DNA of 64,000 bases from Trichosphaerium sp. ATCC 40318 (Eukaryota > Protista > Tubulinea): assembly GCA_038496445.1 (NCBI GenBank), contig JALMLS010000424.1, positions 62,001 through 126,000 of the forward strand, given 5' to 3'. Every line of letters begins with the position of its first letter. Position 1 is the stretch's first letter. Shown here one piece after another: positions 12,538 to 24,413 of this stretch. Below the pieces are notes generated by a model. It was not told where the DNA came from and made no database searches. It worked only from the letters and a program-made list of their open reading frames with translations. Made by a program: the position numbers and the translations under genes.

Positions 12538-12899
12538 GCGATCAGAGTGTTTGGTATCCAGATGATGATTCTGTGACCTCTTATTGACCCTACGTCTCTT
12601 CTTTATGCGAGAATCGCGTCCGTGCGCTAAACAAACGGTTTAAGAATAAATAAAACGAATCCTCAAACGAAAAACTACGTATGAAGGCGCACCAGACATT
12701 TAAACCAGCTAATCGTTCTATTGGTGCTCGAGATACAATTGTTTTGAGGCTAGAAGTGGTTACCATGTAATATTTCTGGTTTTTGATAGCCAAATCTGGT
12801 ATGTCTTGTCGTAGACTGACACTTCAAATTTCCGAGCTGTACATGTCGTTGTAGAAGTGTCGAATAACTATACAAGGCTGACAGCAAACATGAACGCAC

Positions 12900-13151
12900 A
12901 ACTAGAGTAACAAGGAGTACAAAGCCATTGCATTTATATTGGTTCCCTTGGTATTCATTAGACGGTAGGTATTCCACGCAAGCAACGCTTACACAACATG
13001 GAGAGTATGTTCGAAAAAAAACAGTCTTTTTTTGGATAATTTGACACTTTAGGTTCAGCAGGTGATTTAGGCCTTAAAACAAATTGTGAAATGAATTGAG
13101 ATCTGACATTTTTTACACTGACTTGCCATTGCGTAACACGGACAAGAGACA
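12900..13151 (-). pseudogene. Degenerate remnant of the C-terminus of the REase-kinase gene family
   Basis: gtgaaatgaattgagatctgacatttt (about 13086) and acacggacaagagaca (about 13136) match the kinase genes at about 24627-24697 and 27258-27328. tagagtaacaagg matches tagagcaacaagg. The frame is broken. Confidence 0.65.
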
Positions 13152-13331
13152 ACACGCTTACGTTTTGCCTGTTTAGCCACTTTATGGCTTTTGGTTATTG
13201 CCAATACAGTACAGCCCTTCAATGATCACAGGAAGTAAACTATGTAACTAACTATTTATTTTGAAATCATTAACTTGTAGCTCTTGCAAACAGAGTTTTC
13301 ACAGTATGGAGCTACTTATGCTACGCTATAT

Positions 13332-15558
13332 TTAGTAATCAGGTTCTGTTGCTTGTATTGAACGAGTTTTTGTCATAATCTTGGATACGGAAATGCCGTG
13401 AAGTTGTTTCCACCTGAAGAAAAAATTGTTAGAGCGCACTTAATGAATAAGAACACATGCCTGTATAGATAAATTCCAAGACCCACCAATACTGCAGCAA
13501 TAACTACCAGCACAGATACAACTGGTATGACGATAACCAAGTCATTTGATGACGATGATGATTCTGTATCGCAGTTGCTGTGATCAACGGTTATTGTAAG
13601 TAAAATACCACGAGATGTGGCTTTTGAGTTTGCCCTGAGTATATCACATGGTTGCTACATATATGTTACTTCAAGTAAGCTATAAGCGCATTACTAACCT
13701 CAGTATTACCACCATCAAGCATAAAGGTATTATCCTAAGCACGTGTCACAAAAAGGATAGCGATAAAAAAATTATGTACATCAGTTGCGCATTGAGTGAA
13801 GATTTCGATGATTTCTTGACCATCAGTGTAAGTCTCATTCTTTAATTGTATATTCACTCCATCTGTTGCAGTCATACACCCTTCAACATTCAGAATCGTA
13901 TCATTTGATGCTATAGTGATGCCACCTTAAGTACATCAAACTTAGATACAAGGAAAAAAACAGCTCAGTTTGTTACCTTCAACGTTAAAATTACCGTTTA
14001 TTGTAACATCGCTTCTAATTGTTACTGTATCACCTCTTAAAATATCTCCAGAAATAGAGCCATTGATAACGACTGTGGTATTCTCACAATCGAAATTCTG
14101 ACACCCTAAAAACAATAAGACCAAAATCACTACTAAAAAAAAAACTACAACTACCAATATTATCAGGAAGTTTCGTAGTGTATCCGACTGAATCCATGGC
14201 CACGCTCACTGCTTTAGCAGCACTTAAAATTTCCATTAATATTGCTTTATATGATACACGTACTCAGCAACAATCTCCAACTGGGTAATATTCAAGTTGG
14301 GTGGAATATTTATGCAAAAGCCAACTTAGAAAAAAAAGCCATGTTAGTACTATGTTTGCACAGTGAGAACGTAGTTAAATTTATCGTACTATCTGTTCCT
14401 TGTATTGGTTCCGTATTTCTAGTGAATACAGGTTTACCATTAACAAATACAAAGCCATCACTCCTATCTGCCAAATTCTTTACGAAATCACCGAACCCTG
14501 CTGGCGCAGCACAGAACATACAAACACGTGTATAAGCAATAAAGGGTTCTGGATATAAAACCTCGCCAACTAAATAACAAAAACAAAGTAAGCTAGTGAC
14601 TACTTTACCGGAAACTGCAGCGAAGTAAATGTAGGAAAAAAAATAGCACGTGCGTGGGTCTTCGTATGTTGTGCACATGAAATCAAGAGGTAACGGTGTA
14701 TATGCTACTTGAATTATAGGTGGGTAAGGTGAATCACATGAAAAGAATTCGTGAGGGTTGGCAGCGTCTGGATAGTTAGTTAAAATGCGTTGGAGGACGT
14801 TATCTTGAACTTCATTTGACACAAACTTGGTAATGCGTGTACCTTGTTTAATCAACCAACCTAAATTTTTTACAGTACCAAATGGATTTGCCCATTTCCT
14901 TACTGTTTCTGTGACGGATATATTGGCGTATTGGTCCTGAATAATGCTATCGTATGTTCCAGATAATTCAGCGTTATAGTTTGTACCAGGCACTAGAATA
15001 GCATGTCACGTGAGTAAACGCTTTGAGCTCAAATTGTGTAAAATCGAAAAAAAAGTCCGAAAATATCTCACCAGGACCGTTATTTGAAGGAAAAGATTGC
15101 CAAGTCGTAGCCACTGACCAAGGCGTTATCATCTCATATGCATAACCAGATGCTTCATTTTGTATCACATTCGACACACGTACAAATAGATTGGCAGAGT
15201 CAATCGTAAAACCGACAGGAACAATACCATTTGGACCTATTTGTAGTTTTTTAGCGTTAAATAAAATGTCCAAAAAATTAATAGTTCAAAAAGTGTACCG
15301 TCGTGGAGGAATATTTCAAAGTATAGGAGCGTTTGGCTGTTAGTAGTATTACCCGGATCATATATGTCGACATTAGCGCATAAATTAATCGAGCCAACGC
15401 CAGGAAGAATACGGGCATTAAAAGTTTGAGCACAAACTATCACGTGTTTTAAATTAGGGAGTACGCTAGACAACTTTCTTAATAAGAACTTTTCTAATAC
15501 CTTGAGAAACCGCTAAAAAGAGGAAATAAATGACACATATATGTAGTATATAATGCAT
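13332..15558 (-). CDS. Type I membrane surface protein with a DNRLRE-like domain
   Basis: Signal peptide MHYILHICVIYFLFLAVSQ. Domain motifs LLYFEIF..GPNGIVPVGFTIDSANL...ITPWSVATTW...ISVTETVRKW...NLGWLIK. C-terminal TM VIVIPVVSVLVVIAAVLVGLGIYLY. Confidence 0.65.
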
Positions 15559-16025
15559 ATGATTTGTGCTGTAAGTATGGATGTTTGTGGGGAATGATCT
15601 CAGATTTTAATGTAGGCCTAAAAAAGAAAGTGAGGGAAACTTAACTGTGTCAAGTCATGACACGCGGGCATTGGCACGTGACACTTTTTTGTGAATAGTA
15701 ACCGATAAAAACAGTCTTTACATACATGCGTTGTATGGGAGATATGGTACGGTTTGATAGAGTGGCAGTACAAAGTGATTCGCAAATGTCTTTACTCTGA
15801 CTGATAATTCAACAAGATTTCGACAAAGGTATGTTTTTTTGGTACCGTAGAAGAGTTACAAGGAAAAATAGAACAAGTCCGGTTTCACCTAATATATCTT
15901 CGTTCGTTTTACCGGTATGTGAACTTCATATCTTTGGAACGAAATACATTTCTCCGCTTTTTTTTTCGTTTTTTTTTTTTTACCTTTCTAGTGGTTAAAA
16001 CAGACCCTTATTATTGGCTTGGATT

Positions 16026-16595
16026 TTATTTTGATACAGAGAAAGACTCTTCACAAGCACAGAGACTCTTAGCGTTTGGATTTTGAAATTTAAACTGGGA
16101 CATTTCAGGTTTTTTAATGTAGTCAAGTTCTGTCCCTACTATGTACAATTCGGCTTTACGGTCAACTAGAACCGTTAAATCTATAAACAAGTAAGCCATA
16201 TAATAGATTAATACTGTCATTTGAGCTTCATACCATCTTCTTTTACGATATTATCTGTTTCTTTAACATCGGTGGCGTATTCCATCCAGTATTTGAACTG
16301 TGCACAGCCACCTAGTTTATCGTTAGTGTTTTAGGCGTTTGATCGTATTTTATTTTAATTCTTAACCGTACCAGGTTTTACGCCTACACGTATACCTTTC
16401 ATATCAGGTTTTTTAGATATAATACTCCTTAGCTTTGAGCGAGCATTGTCTGTCTGGTAAAAATATTAAAACTTATTTATTTTGCGATTTTACGCGCTAT
16501 TAACGCTAATAAATGCGTAACAGCATTTTTTTACGTACAACAGTGAAAAGTGCCCTTTGGGGTCTCTTCAACCGAGTTGCTAGTCTTGTAGCCAT
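16026..16595 (-). CDS. iscA: Iron-sulfur cluster assembly A-type carrier (IscA/ISCA1-like)
   Basis: GIRVGVKPGGCAQFKY, VLVDRKAELYIVGTELDY and FKFQNPNAKSLCACEESF, joined by short GT-AG introns. Confidence 0.9.
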
Positions 16596-16782
16596 AAACA
16601 GCCCTCAACTGCAATGTATTTTAAGCTTGTTGAGCTCAGTACAGAATATAGAAATATTTCTCGCGTGAAAATAATTACGTTGACTTTGAATTTTTTGACT
16701 GTTTTTATTCCACAAGTTTTTTCATCGATGTGCGCTCAAGGTCAAACAAGCATGCTATTGTGTAGCTAAAAAGCGAATGCGT

Positions 16783-19649
16783 TTACAACCACTCGGTTGT
16801 ACCAGGTGGTTTTCCTGTCAAATCATATACAACACGTGATATACCCTCAATAGCCATTATTTCTTTTGCCATCTCTTCAACTGTTTCTTGCGTGATATGC
16901 TTTCCAGGCACAGCAGGAGACCCGGTCATAAAGTCCTAAACAAGCGTAAGTAACACGAGCCTATAATATCTTTAAACACAACATGCCTGGGTCCTAAAGG
17001 TTCTAATAGCGATAGAGTGACCATCACCGCCTTCAAAGTCTACTGGGAACAGAACAACAGGCATTTGAGAAAGGCGTGGTACTTGCTTATGCTTGAGTAA
17101 AATCTAAACGGCATGAGCCTGCGCACGTGGTTGCAAAATGTCGTTTCTCAAAATACCTCAAACGCTTTGGCGTCTGCGCGCTGGAGTAGTGCTATCTCCT
17201 TCGGCAGTAAGTACGTTGGCGTGATCTTTTTGATAGGCGCATCAAAAGGAGCACCAAAAGTATACACAACACGGTTGATGTTATGGCAGACCTAAAAGTT
17301 TGGTAAGCGCCTTTGTCATCAAGCACAAAGCTTGAATACCTTTGGAATTGCAGAAGCAAAGAAAAAGTAAGGATCCCACGCATCACCAGTTGGTATTGAT
17401 TTACATGATAAAGCAGCAACATAGCTATAGGTCCTACAATCACCTTGAACTCCAACAGATTGGATAGGCAACAAAGTTGATGAGATAGATTTATCAGCTA
17501 TTACTTTTTTCCTCATTTCTGTTGCCTCTGGTGCCATTTTACCAAGCCATACCTTTCAGAGAAACAGTAAGCATATAGTTCTAAAACCAAAGTCTTAAAC
17601 GCACGTCTAGTTCTTGTTTCTTTTCTTTGGTGATAAACTTATCATCATTGCTTACAAGGTAAGATACAATACCAAAAGTTTCGTCATAGTTATCTGAAAC
17701 AAGAAGTTACAAAAACAACTTGTGCATGATTTTCTAAGTACCAAGGAATGGTTCAGAAGCGCAAATAATACGAATAGCTAGTCCTGGACCAGGGAATGGA
17801 TGTCTTGAAACGAGCTCATCAGGGAGACCCAAACTGCGACCAAGCTCACGTACTTCGTCCTGTTCGTTAAAGTTATACAGTCGGTTTTCGAAAACAGGCT
17901 TACCTTGTGGTACTCTTGTAGAGGCTCAACGATTCTTCCAATATCACGCAATTTACGTACTAAATTAGTATCGTTGTGATGTGTTTTGATAACATTTGCT
18001 GAAGCAGAAGCGATTTTTGAAGCAGATTCAATCAAGTCAGGACGTAATGTTCCTTGAGCAAGAACAATATTTTCTGGATCAAGTTTAAGTTCTTGAATTT
18101 TAGCTTGTGCGACCTGTATAGTTTAGTAGTAATTATGAAATAGGTATCAGAATATTAACAAGTCACATGAACATACTGTCATGAAAGTATCACCAATTAT
18201 TTTTCTTCTCTCTTCTGGAGAAATAGTATCTTTTAGTTTTTTCGTTTGCTTTCCATTAACCTCTGTTGTAGCATTAAAGAATGTCTCTCCTGCATTTAGA
18301 ACTATTCAAATATTAAACAATAACAATATAAAAGACTGTACATACCTTGTAGTGATATACCAACACCCTCAAGCGCAACTTTTACTTTAGCACTTTCCTT
18401 TAAAAATGGTTAATGGAATATTTAAACGAAAATTGTGTACTTCGTGTCTCATGAATCCGTTATCTACATGAATAGCATATACATTTTCGGATCCAATAGC
18501 TTCTTTACATAAAGCAGCACAAACTGTTGAATCTACACCACCAGAAACAAGAACAAGGATTTGTTTTTTGCCAACTTTGCTCTAAACAACTTAATGTTAA
18601 TTTAAAGGTTTTTTCTTGTTTTTACCCACGTACCCTAATGTAATCTTTTGCTAACTGCATCCTATCAGCTGGAGTAAACGATCCAGAGAAACCACAAACA
18701 GAAAAGAGGAAGTTCTTAAACATCATCTTGCCATTCTCTGTAAGATCTACCTAAAGACAATTAAATGTCAGCGTATTATCACTTAAACCAAAAAAGAAGA
18801 CGCACTTCTGGATGAAACTGAATACCGTATATCTTCGCCTTGTCTTATTGAAATCATTGTCATTAGCATGTAAAATACCTTAAATAGTATTTAAGTGTAC
18901 CATTTGCAATACCAGAAATAATCTCTCCTGAACGTGCGATGACATTATAGCCCTTAAATGAAAAAAATTAATACAAATAAAAATGCACTAACAAACAAAA
19001 TAACACTTACCTCTCCTGGATTGGTTACAGTATCACCATGTGTCAAAAGAACTTTTTGTTTCTCATCCATATTTTCAAACAAAGCCGATGTTGTAGTCAC
19101 CTATTAGCACATGTTAAACGTCATTCGCGAAATCTAACTTTTTTTCTGAATTTATGTGTATTTCTTCTATTACTAACTCACTTTGATCTCAAATTGACCG
19201 TCTTCTCGCTCATTCTCTTGAGATACTTTACCTTTGGCGTGATGGGCAATCATTTGCATGCCATAACAAATACCAAGGATTGGAAGACCCAATTCGAATA
19301 TTTTTTCGTCGTACCTATACCTCACGCGTTTAACACTAGTTTAAAGCTACCAGACGCACTTTGGGGCAGTTGAAGAATAAACAGAGCCAGGGCCACCAGA
19401 TATTATAATAGCTATACCACGATTAACTCATTGATAGAGGGAACACTGTAAAGAACCTTTGAAGCCGCTTTTTTTTAATTCTTCAGCAGGCGTATTAAGA
19501 GGCAGTAATTCGGTGTTGACATTCAATTCTCTAACTCTCCTGTCAATCACCTTGCCATACTGAGCTCCTGCGTCAAGAATCGCTAAAACCTCTCTGAACG
19601 AGTCAATAATAACTCATGAATAATCGCCTACGCACCCAGTTTGAGCCAT
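16783..19649 (-). CDS. GMPS: GMP synthase (glutamine-hydrolysing)
   Basis: [83 protein letters not shown] and PPGTTEWL, spread over many exons. Confidence 0.97.
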
Positions 19650-19759
19650 GCTACGTTGTTCGTCTACAAAATACCGAAAGGAAATTTTTTTCAACTTTTT
19701 TCTTTTGTACAAGTCGCCAAGTTACTGTTACTGTAAAACACCAAACGCGCAATACAATA

Positions 19760-22700
19760 ATGTCTACAGCGTAACAGGTTATGAAATGAGTGTCACAGTG
19801 GATTTACCCCGCGATGAGTACGTGGTTGGAGAATACGTCGAAGGAGCTGTACGTTATTAACACGCGTTAACAAATGTAACGTTTGTTAATGGTGCCATCA
19901 TATTAGGTTACATATACGCCAGACAAAGAGAGAAAGACAAGGGGAGTGTATATAACCTTTTTTGGCTTTCAGGAAGTTAAAGATGGCCCTAATATCCTTG
20001 GTACACTTCAGAACGCGTTACTAACTTACCAATATCGCCTAGACGCGAAAAAAGTCGACTTCTTCTCCACTACCAAGACACTATGGGGTGTCAAACACGA
20101 CAGACAAGATGGAGGTATGAAGCGCAAGTACGTCATATGGTAGGCCACTATAAGCGTAAAATAACTCAAAAAGGTTACCTGCGAATCGAGCTCACACTTG
20201 GCCGTTCTCTTTCGAACTACCTGACCATGTACCGCCTTCTATTGTATACAAAAACGGAAAAGTACGTGTCAAATGTTTGTAAACGCTAAAACGAGTATTT
20301 CGTTGTAAACGGTCCGGATTATGTATCTAATAAGCGTAGGTACGCACGATATATGGTTTTGAAGTCGTAGTACAAATTCCAGCCACGATAGGGAACAAAA
20401 ACATTAAAATCAAGCATTACATACGTGTTGGCATTCTTTATGGTCATATACCTGGAAAGGCAGCATCGTTACGTCAAAAATCACCAAAGCTATTTTGGGA
20501 TAGCAAAAAGAAGAATACGTGTAGATACAAGTAAGTAAAAAGACTAAAGAAAAATTTGATAGTTTTTTTTTTCGCATTTTTTGCTGATAGTACTTGCAGC
20601 GCTCAGGCAAATAAAAAGTTGACATGGCCAGGTGATAATGTTAGAGTAACTCTTGAAGTACAAAATGACAGTAAAAGACACGTGAAAGGTTTTTTTTTAA
20701 AGGTACATAAAATTGTCTTTTTTTAAACGTTTTCTCAATGTGTCACTTTTTTTGACATTTTTTCTTATTTTTTTCTTAGCTTCAACAAAATTGGGTTTTA
20801 GCAGAAAAAGAAGAATCCATCTCTCTTTTAAAATACACTATCACTGAAGGATTTCCTTTGGCTCCTGGTTTTCAAAAAAAGGTACAATCCAATAAAACAA
20901 CTCGAAATAATTGTCTTTTTTCTGAAGGTGCATTATGGATTACCTATTCCTGAAAATGTGCCTTGCACTGTACCTCATTCAGCGCTTATATCGCTTCAAT
21001 ATATAATCAAATTTGTGTTTTATATGGGTTTTGGTACTAAGCTTACTGCACTAAGTATGCCTATTGTAGTCGCTTCTTTTCCAGAGCTGCAACCAAGGTT
21101 TGTGTTTCGACTTTAGATTTTCCACATTTTTCACAATTGATTTTGTTTAGGTTGAATAACGGAGAACCAGCAGAGACTCACTTTGTTACACCTCCTAAAC
21201 TAGTTCTATCAGATGATCAACTTGATAAATTGGTGGAGGAAGCATTAAGTGACAGTGAAGACGAGAAAGAATGGCAACAAGAAGAAGAGCAAAATGAAAT
21301 AGAGGAAGAAGCTCCAAAACTAAGTACAATCGTTCTCCTCTTAATAGTAGAAGTAACTTTATCATAGATACGCCCTCCGTACGAGCGAAACTCCCCTCAG
21401 GCCCTCCAGCCCGCCGACGCCCAGTACCTCTTCCTCCAAAGGTTACAACTAAACAACCAGCGCCAAGAAAAGCAGCGCCAAAAAAGTCTGCACCAAAAAA
21501 AATGGGTGGTAAATATGCACCTAAGAAATCAGCGTATCAACGCCCTAAATATCGACCAAACGTACCACCTGCAAAGAAAGGCAAGCGTGTAAAGTTAAGA
21601 CTAAAAAAGAGACCTTTGAAGAAGGGTAAACGTTCATTTGTGGGAAGACCTAAAAAACCACTTCCAGAGGTACTCTAACCTTCTCAGTATTATCCTAATT
21701 TTGTATAAGGTTCAACCTAACAAGAAAGAAAAAACTGAAGCAATACCTGAATTTATGAGCCATCGAGATCCACGTGTATGGATTTGTGATAAAAATGTAC
21801 TTGTTGTTAATTTTTGTTCCTCTTTAGGGAAGAATCTGGGCGCTTCCTGCTGCTACAGCTACAAGTTTAGTTCCTACAAGTAAAAGAGACGTAACAGATA
21901 GACCTGTAGGATATGCAACGGTACATAAACATCAAAACATTTTACACATGAAAAAAATTAACTACAGCTCTTTTTTTGTTTGATGCATCTCCGCTTTACC
22001 AATGTTAGCCAAAAAAACATGAAGAAAACAATTGAAGAAAGAAAAAATAACCTTTTTGTAGGCATTGTCTCGTTTTACAGCCGAAAACGAAACAGAAATT
22101 AGTTTTTTGATAAATGATAGAATTGAAATATTACAGTACGTTGTGCTAGAGCACCTTTTTTTGGGTTGTAATTCCGACATTTATTGATTTTATCTTTTCA
22201 GAGATGATAGAGGCGATGGGTGGCTTGTTGGTAAGTTACGTGATAAAGTAGGGTTGGTTCCAGAAAGCTATGTATCGTATGAACCTCTGTTACCAGAAAC
22301 GATATCACCTCCAGATTCCGATCGAAGTCATGAAGAACTGCCCTCACCTACGCCAATACAGGCGGTCCCAGAGCCATCAGTGCCCCCTATCAAACCTCAC
22401 CCGTTTGTCAAACAAAATACAGCGCCTGTTGTGAACTCTGAACAGATTGTACAACCTGTAGTGCATGTGCAATCATCAAGACTTCCAGAAACAGCTGATT
22501 TTACGGAATGGTGGGAAGATGAACCAAAACCTCAACAACCTCCACCAACCCAATATCATCAACCTCATGCTGTATCTTCTCCTGGACCTCCAAAGATTAA
22601 TAGGCGTAGTCAACCAGCATTTCAAGGATCCAGTATGCCCCCAAAGATCAACAGAGGCACTAGGAATGCGTAAGCTTTGCTATTTTGATTTGTTGCTTTT

Positions 22701-22826
22701 TTTTTTAACTATTTTTTCAGCAACGCCTCAGCGCCACCACCTGTAAATAGAATTGTAAAACCAAACGTACCACCCATAAATAGAGGTTCTAAACCAAAAA
22801 TAAATAGAGGGACTAAACCCTTTTGA
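19760..22826 (+). CDS. Arrestin-domain protein with SH3 domain and Pro-rich tail
   Basis: Arrestin-like N and C segments (DLPRDEYVVGEYVEG; WPFSFELPDHVPPS; WPGDNVRVTLEVQNDSKRHVK; LPIPENVPCTV). SH3 ALSRFTAENETEISF...GDGWLVGKLRDKVGLVPESYV. Repeated PPxINR motifs. Confidence 0.8.
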
Positions 22827-22903
22827 AAAGAAAGAGAAGACAGATAAGTGTAAGGAACTTTTTATTAACTTTATCAAGAAAGGTTTGATTTTTAGTAAGT
22901 TGG

Positions 22904-23995
22904 CTACTCTTTGACATATCGTGGGTACGTAGACCTAGCGTCTTTTGTTTCTTGTAGGTTTAATTCGACTGTCTTTATATACGACGTTATGTTAGTCTGT
23001 GCAACTGTAGTACCATTTGGAGTGGTAACCCTTGAAAAAAAAAGTAAGCGTATCTCATTCCTATCCATTTTCTTACCATCCTCTACCTCCCAGATCGGGA
23101 GACCCTGACTCACAGAATCTATTTGAAGACAAACAAAACGCACCAGAAGTAATAGCAGCACATTTACCTAAAAGTAACTTAGAACTCTTTCTATACGATA
23201 GTGTTTTTTTCTTCTTTTTTTCTTACCTCCTGCTACCCAGTTTTCCAAAGACCCACGTTCTGTAGAACGTGGTACGACCAAAATATCCATACCATCTTTA
23301 CCCATCTTTCTAGCATGTTCAAAAAACCACATATCAGAACAAATCTACACGACATATAAGACAAGCAACTAAACCTCCTTGATTTACCTGCATGCCAATT
23401 GTGACATTATTTCCTCCTACTTCAACATCTATTGTCTCAAACTTTGCTTCAGGGCTCATGTCATACCATGTAGCTTCCCAGAATCCTTCTTCATCCGGTA
23501 GGTAGTGCTTGGTATGAAAAAAAGATACCTTATTGTCTTTCCAAACGAATCCTAACAAATTCTCAAGTTAATAAGCTGATCGCCATGCAAGTGGTAGTAC
23601 CTTCGTTAAATCGTTTACCATCCCTTTCAACGGCAACAGTACTAATTATAACAGGGTAACCAAGCGTTGAAAGTATGCCAGATTCACTGATAGAAGTTTG
23701 ATGAGCTTTCTTTTGAATGAAGCTGATTAGTTGCTAAACAGCTTAATGTGGTTCGTACAACCGATGATGCCCATTTCTTATCGTCTACCTCTTTATTGGC
23801 GTAGATCCATTCAAAAAAAGGCATTTCTACGCGTGGAATAAGCGAAACAAGGCTCTAAAAGTCATTTGTACGCTTACCTGGCAACAACAGTAAATCGGGA
23901 TTATTTAGCTTTGCATGAGCTCGTAGAGCCTTCCAGGACGCTTCACGATCTTTTTCAGACTCAAGGGGCAATTGACACACTGTAGCACGTATCAT
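22904..23995 (-). CDS. Carbon-nitrogen hydrolase (nitrilase/amidase superfamily)
   Basis: Catalytic triad motifs LLLPEMPF, KHYLPDEEGFWE and ICSDMWFFEHAR, plus VVPRST and CLSSNR. Confidence 0.9.
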
Positions 23996-24413
23996 GTTTA
24001 TGTTAATTTAACTACAGATTGTTACAAGGAAATTTCGTATTGACTTAACATAGTTTTATTAGGCACACTTGCTACTCTTTTCGGCGAAACTATAGCCTAA
24101 TAATGAACTTCACTTGTACGTTATTATAGAAGAGTTTATCTCTACAAAGCCCAAATAACATGTGGGGTGGTACTTTGGCAAAGCACTTTGATCGGTTTTA
24201 AGACACCGTTTTCTACTCACTTTTTTGGTAAATTATTTATTGGGTTTACTTGGCTGGTACACTCATACAACCGCATCATAGTTTACACGATCTAGAGGTT
24301 CTTGATGCTATAAATTTAGTTTGATTGTGATTGGTAGCTTTGTGGGAACTTATCGCCAACTGGTTGTACTTAAACACCACTACATAGTAAGGTGGATAAA
24401 AATAGATATACTT

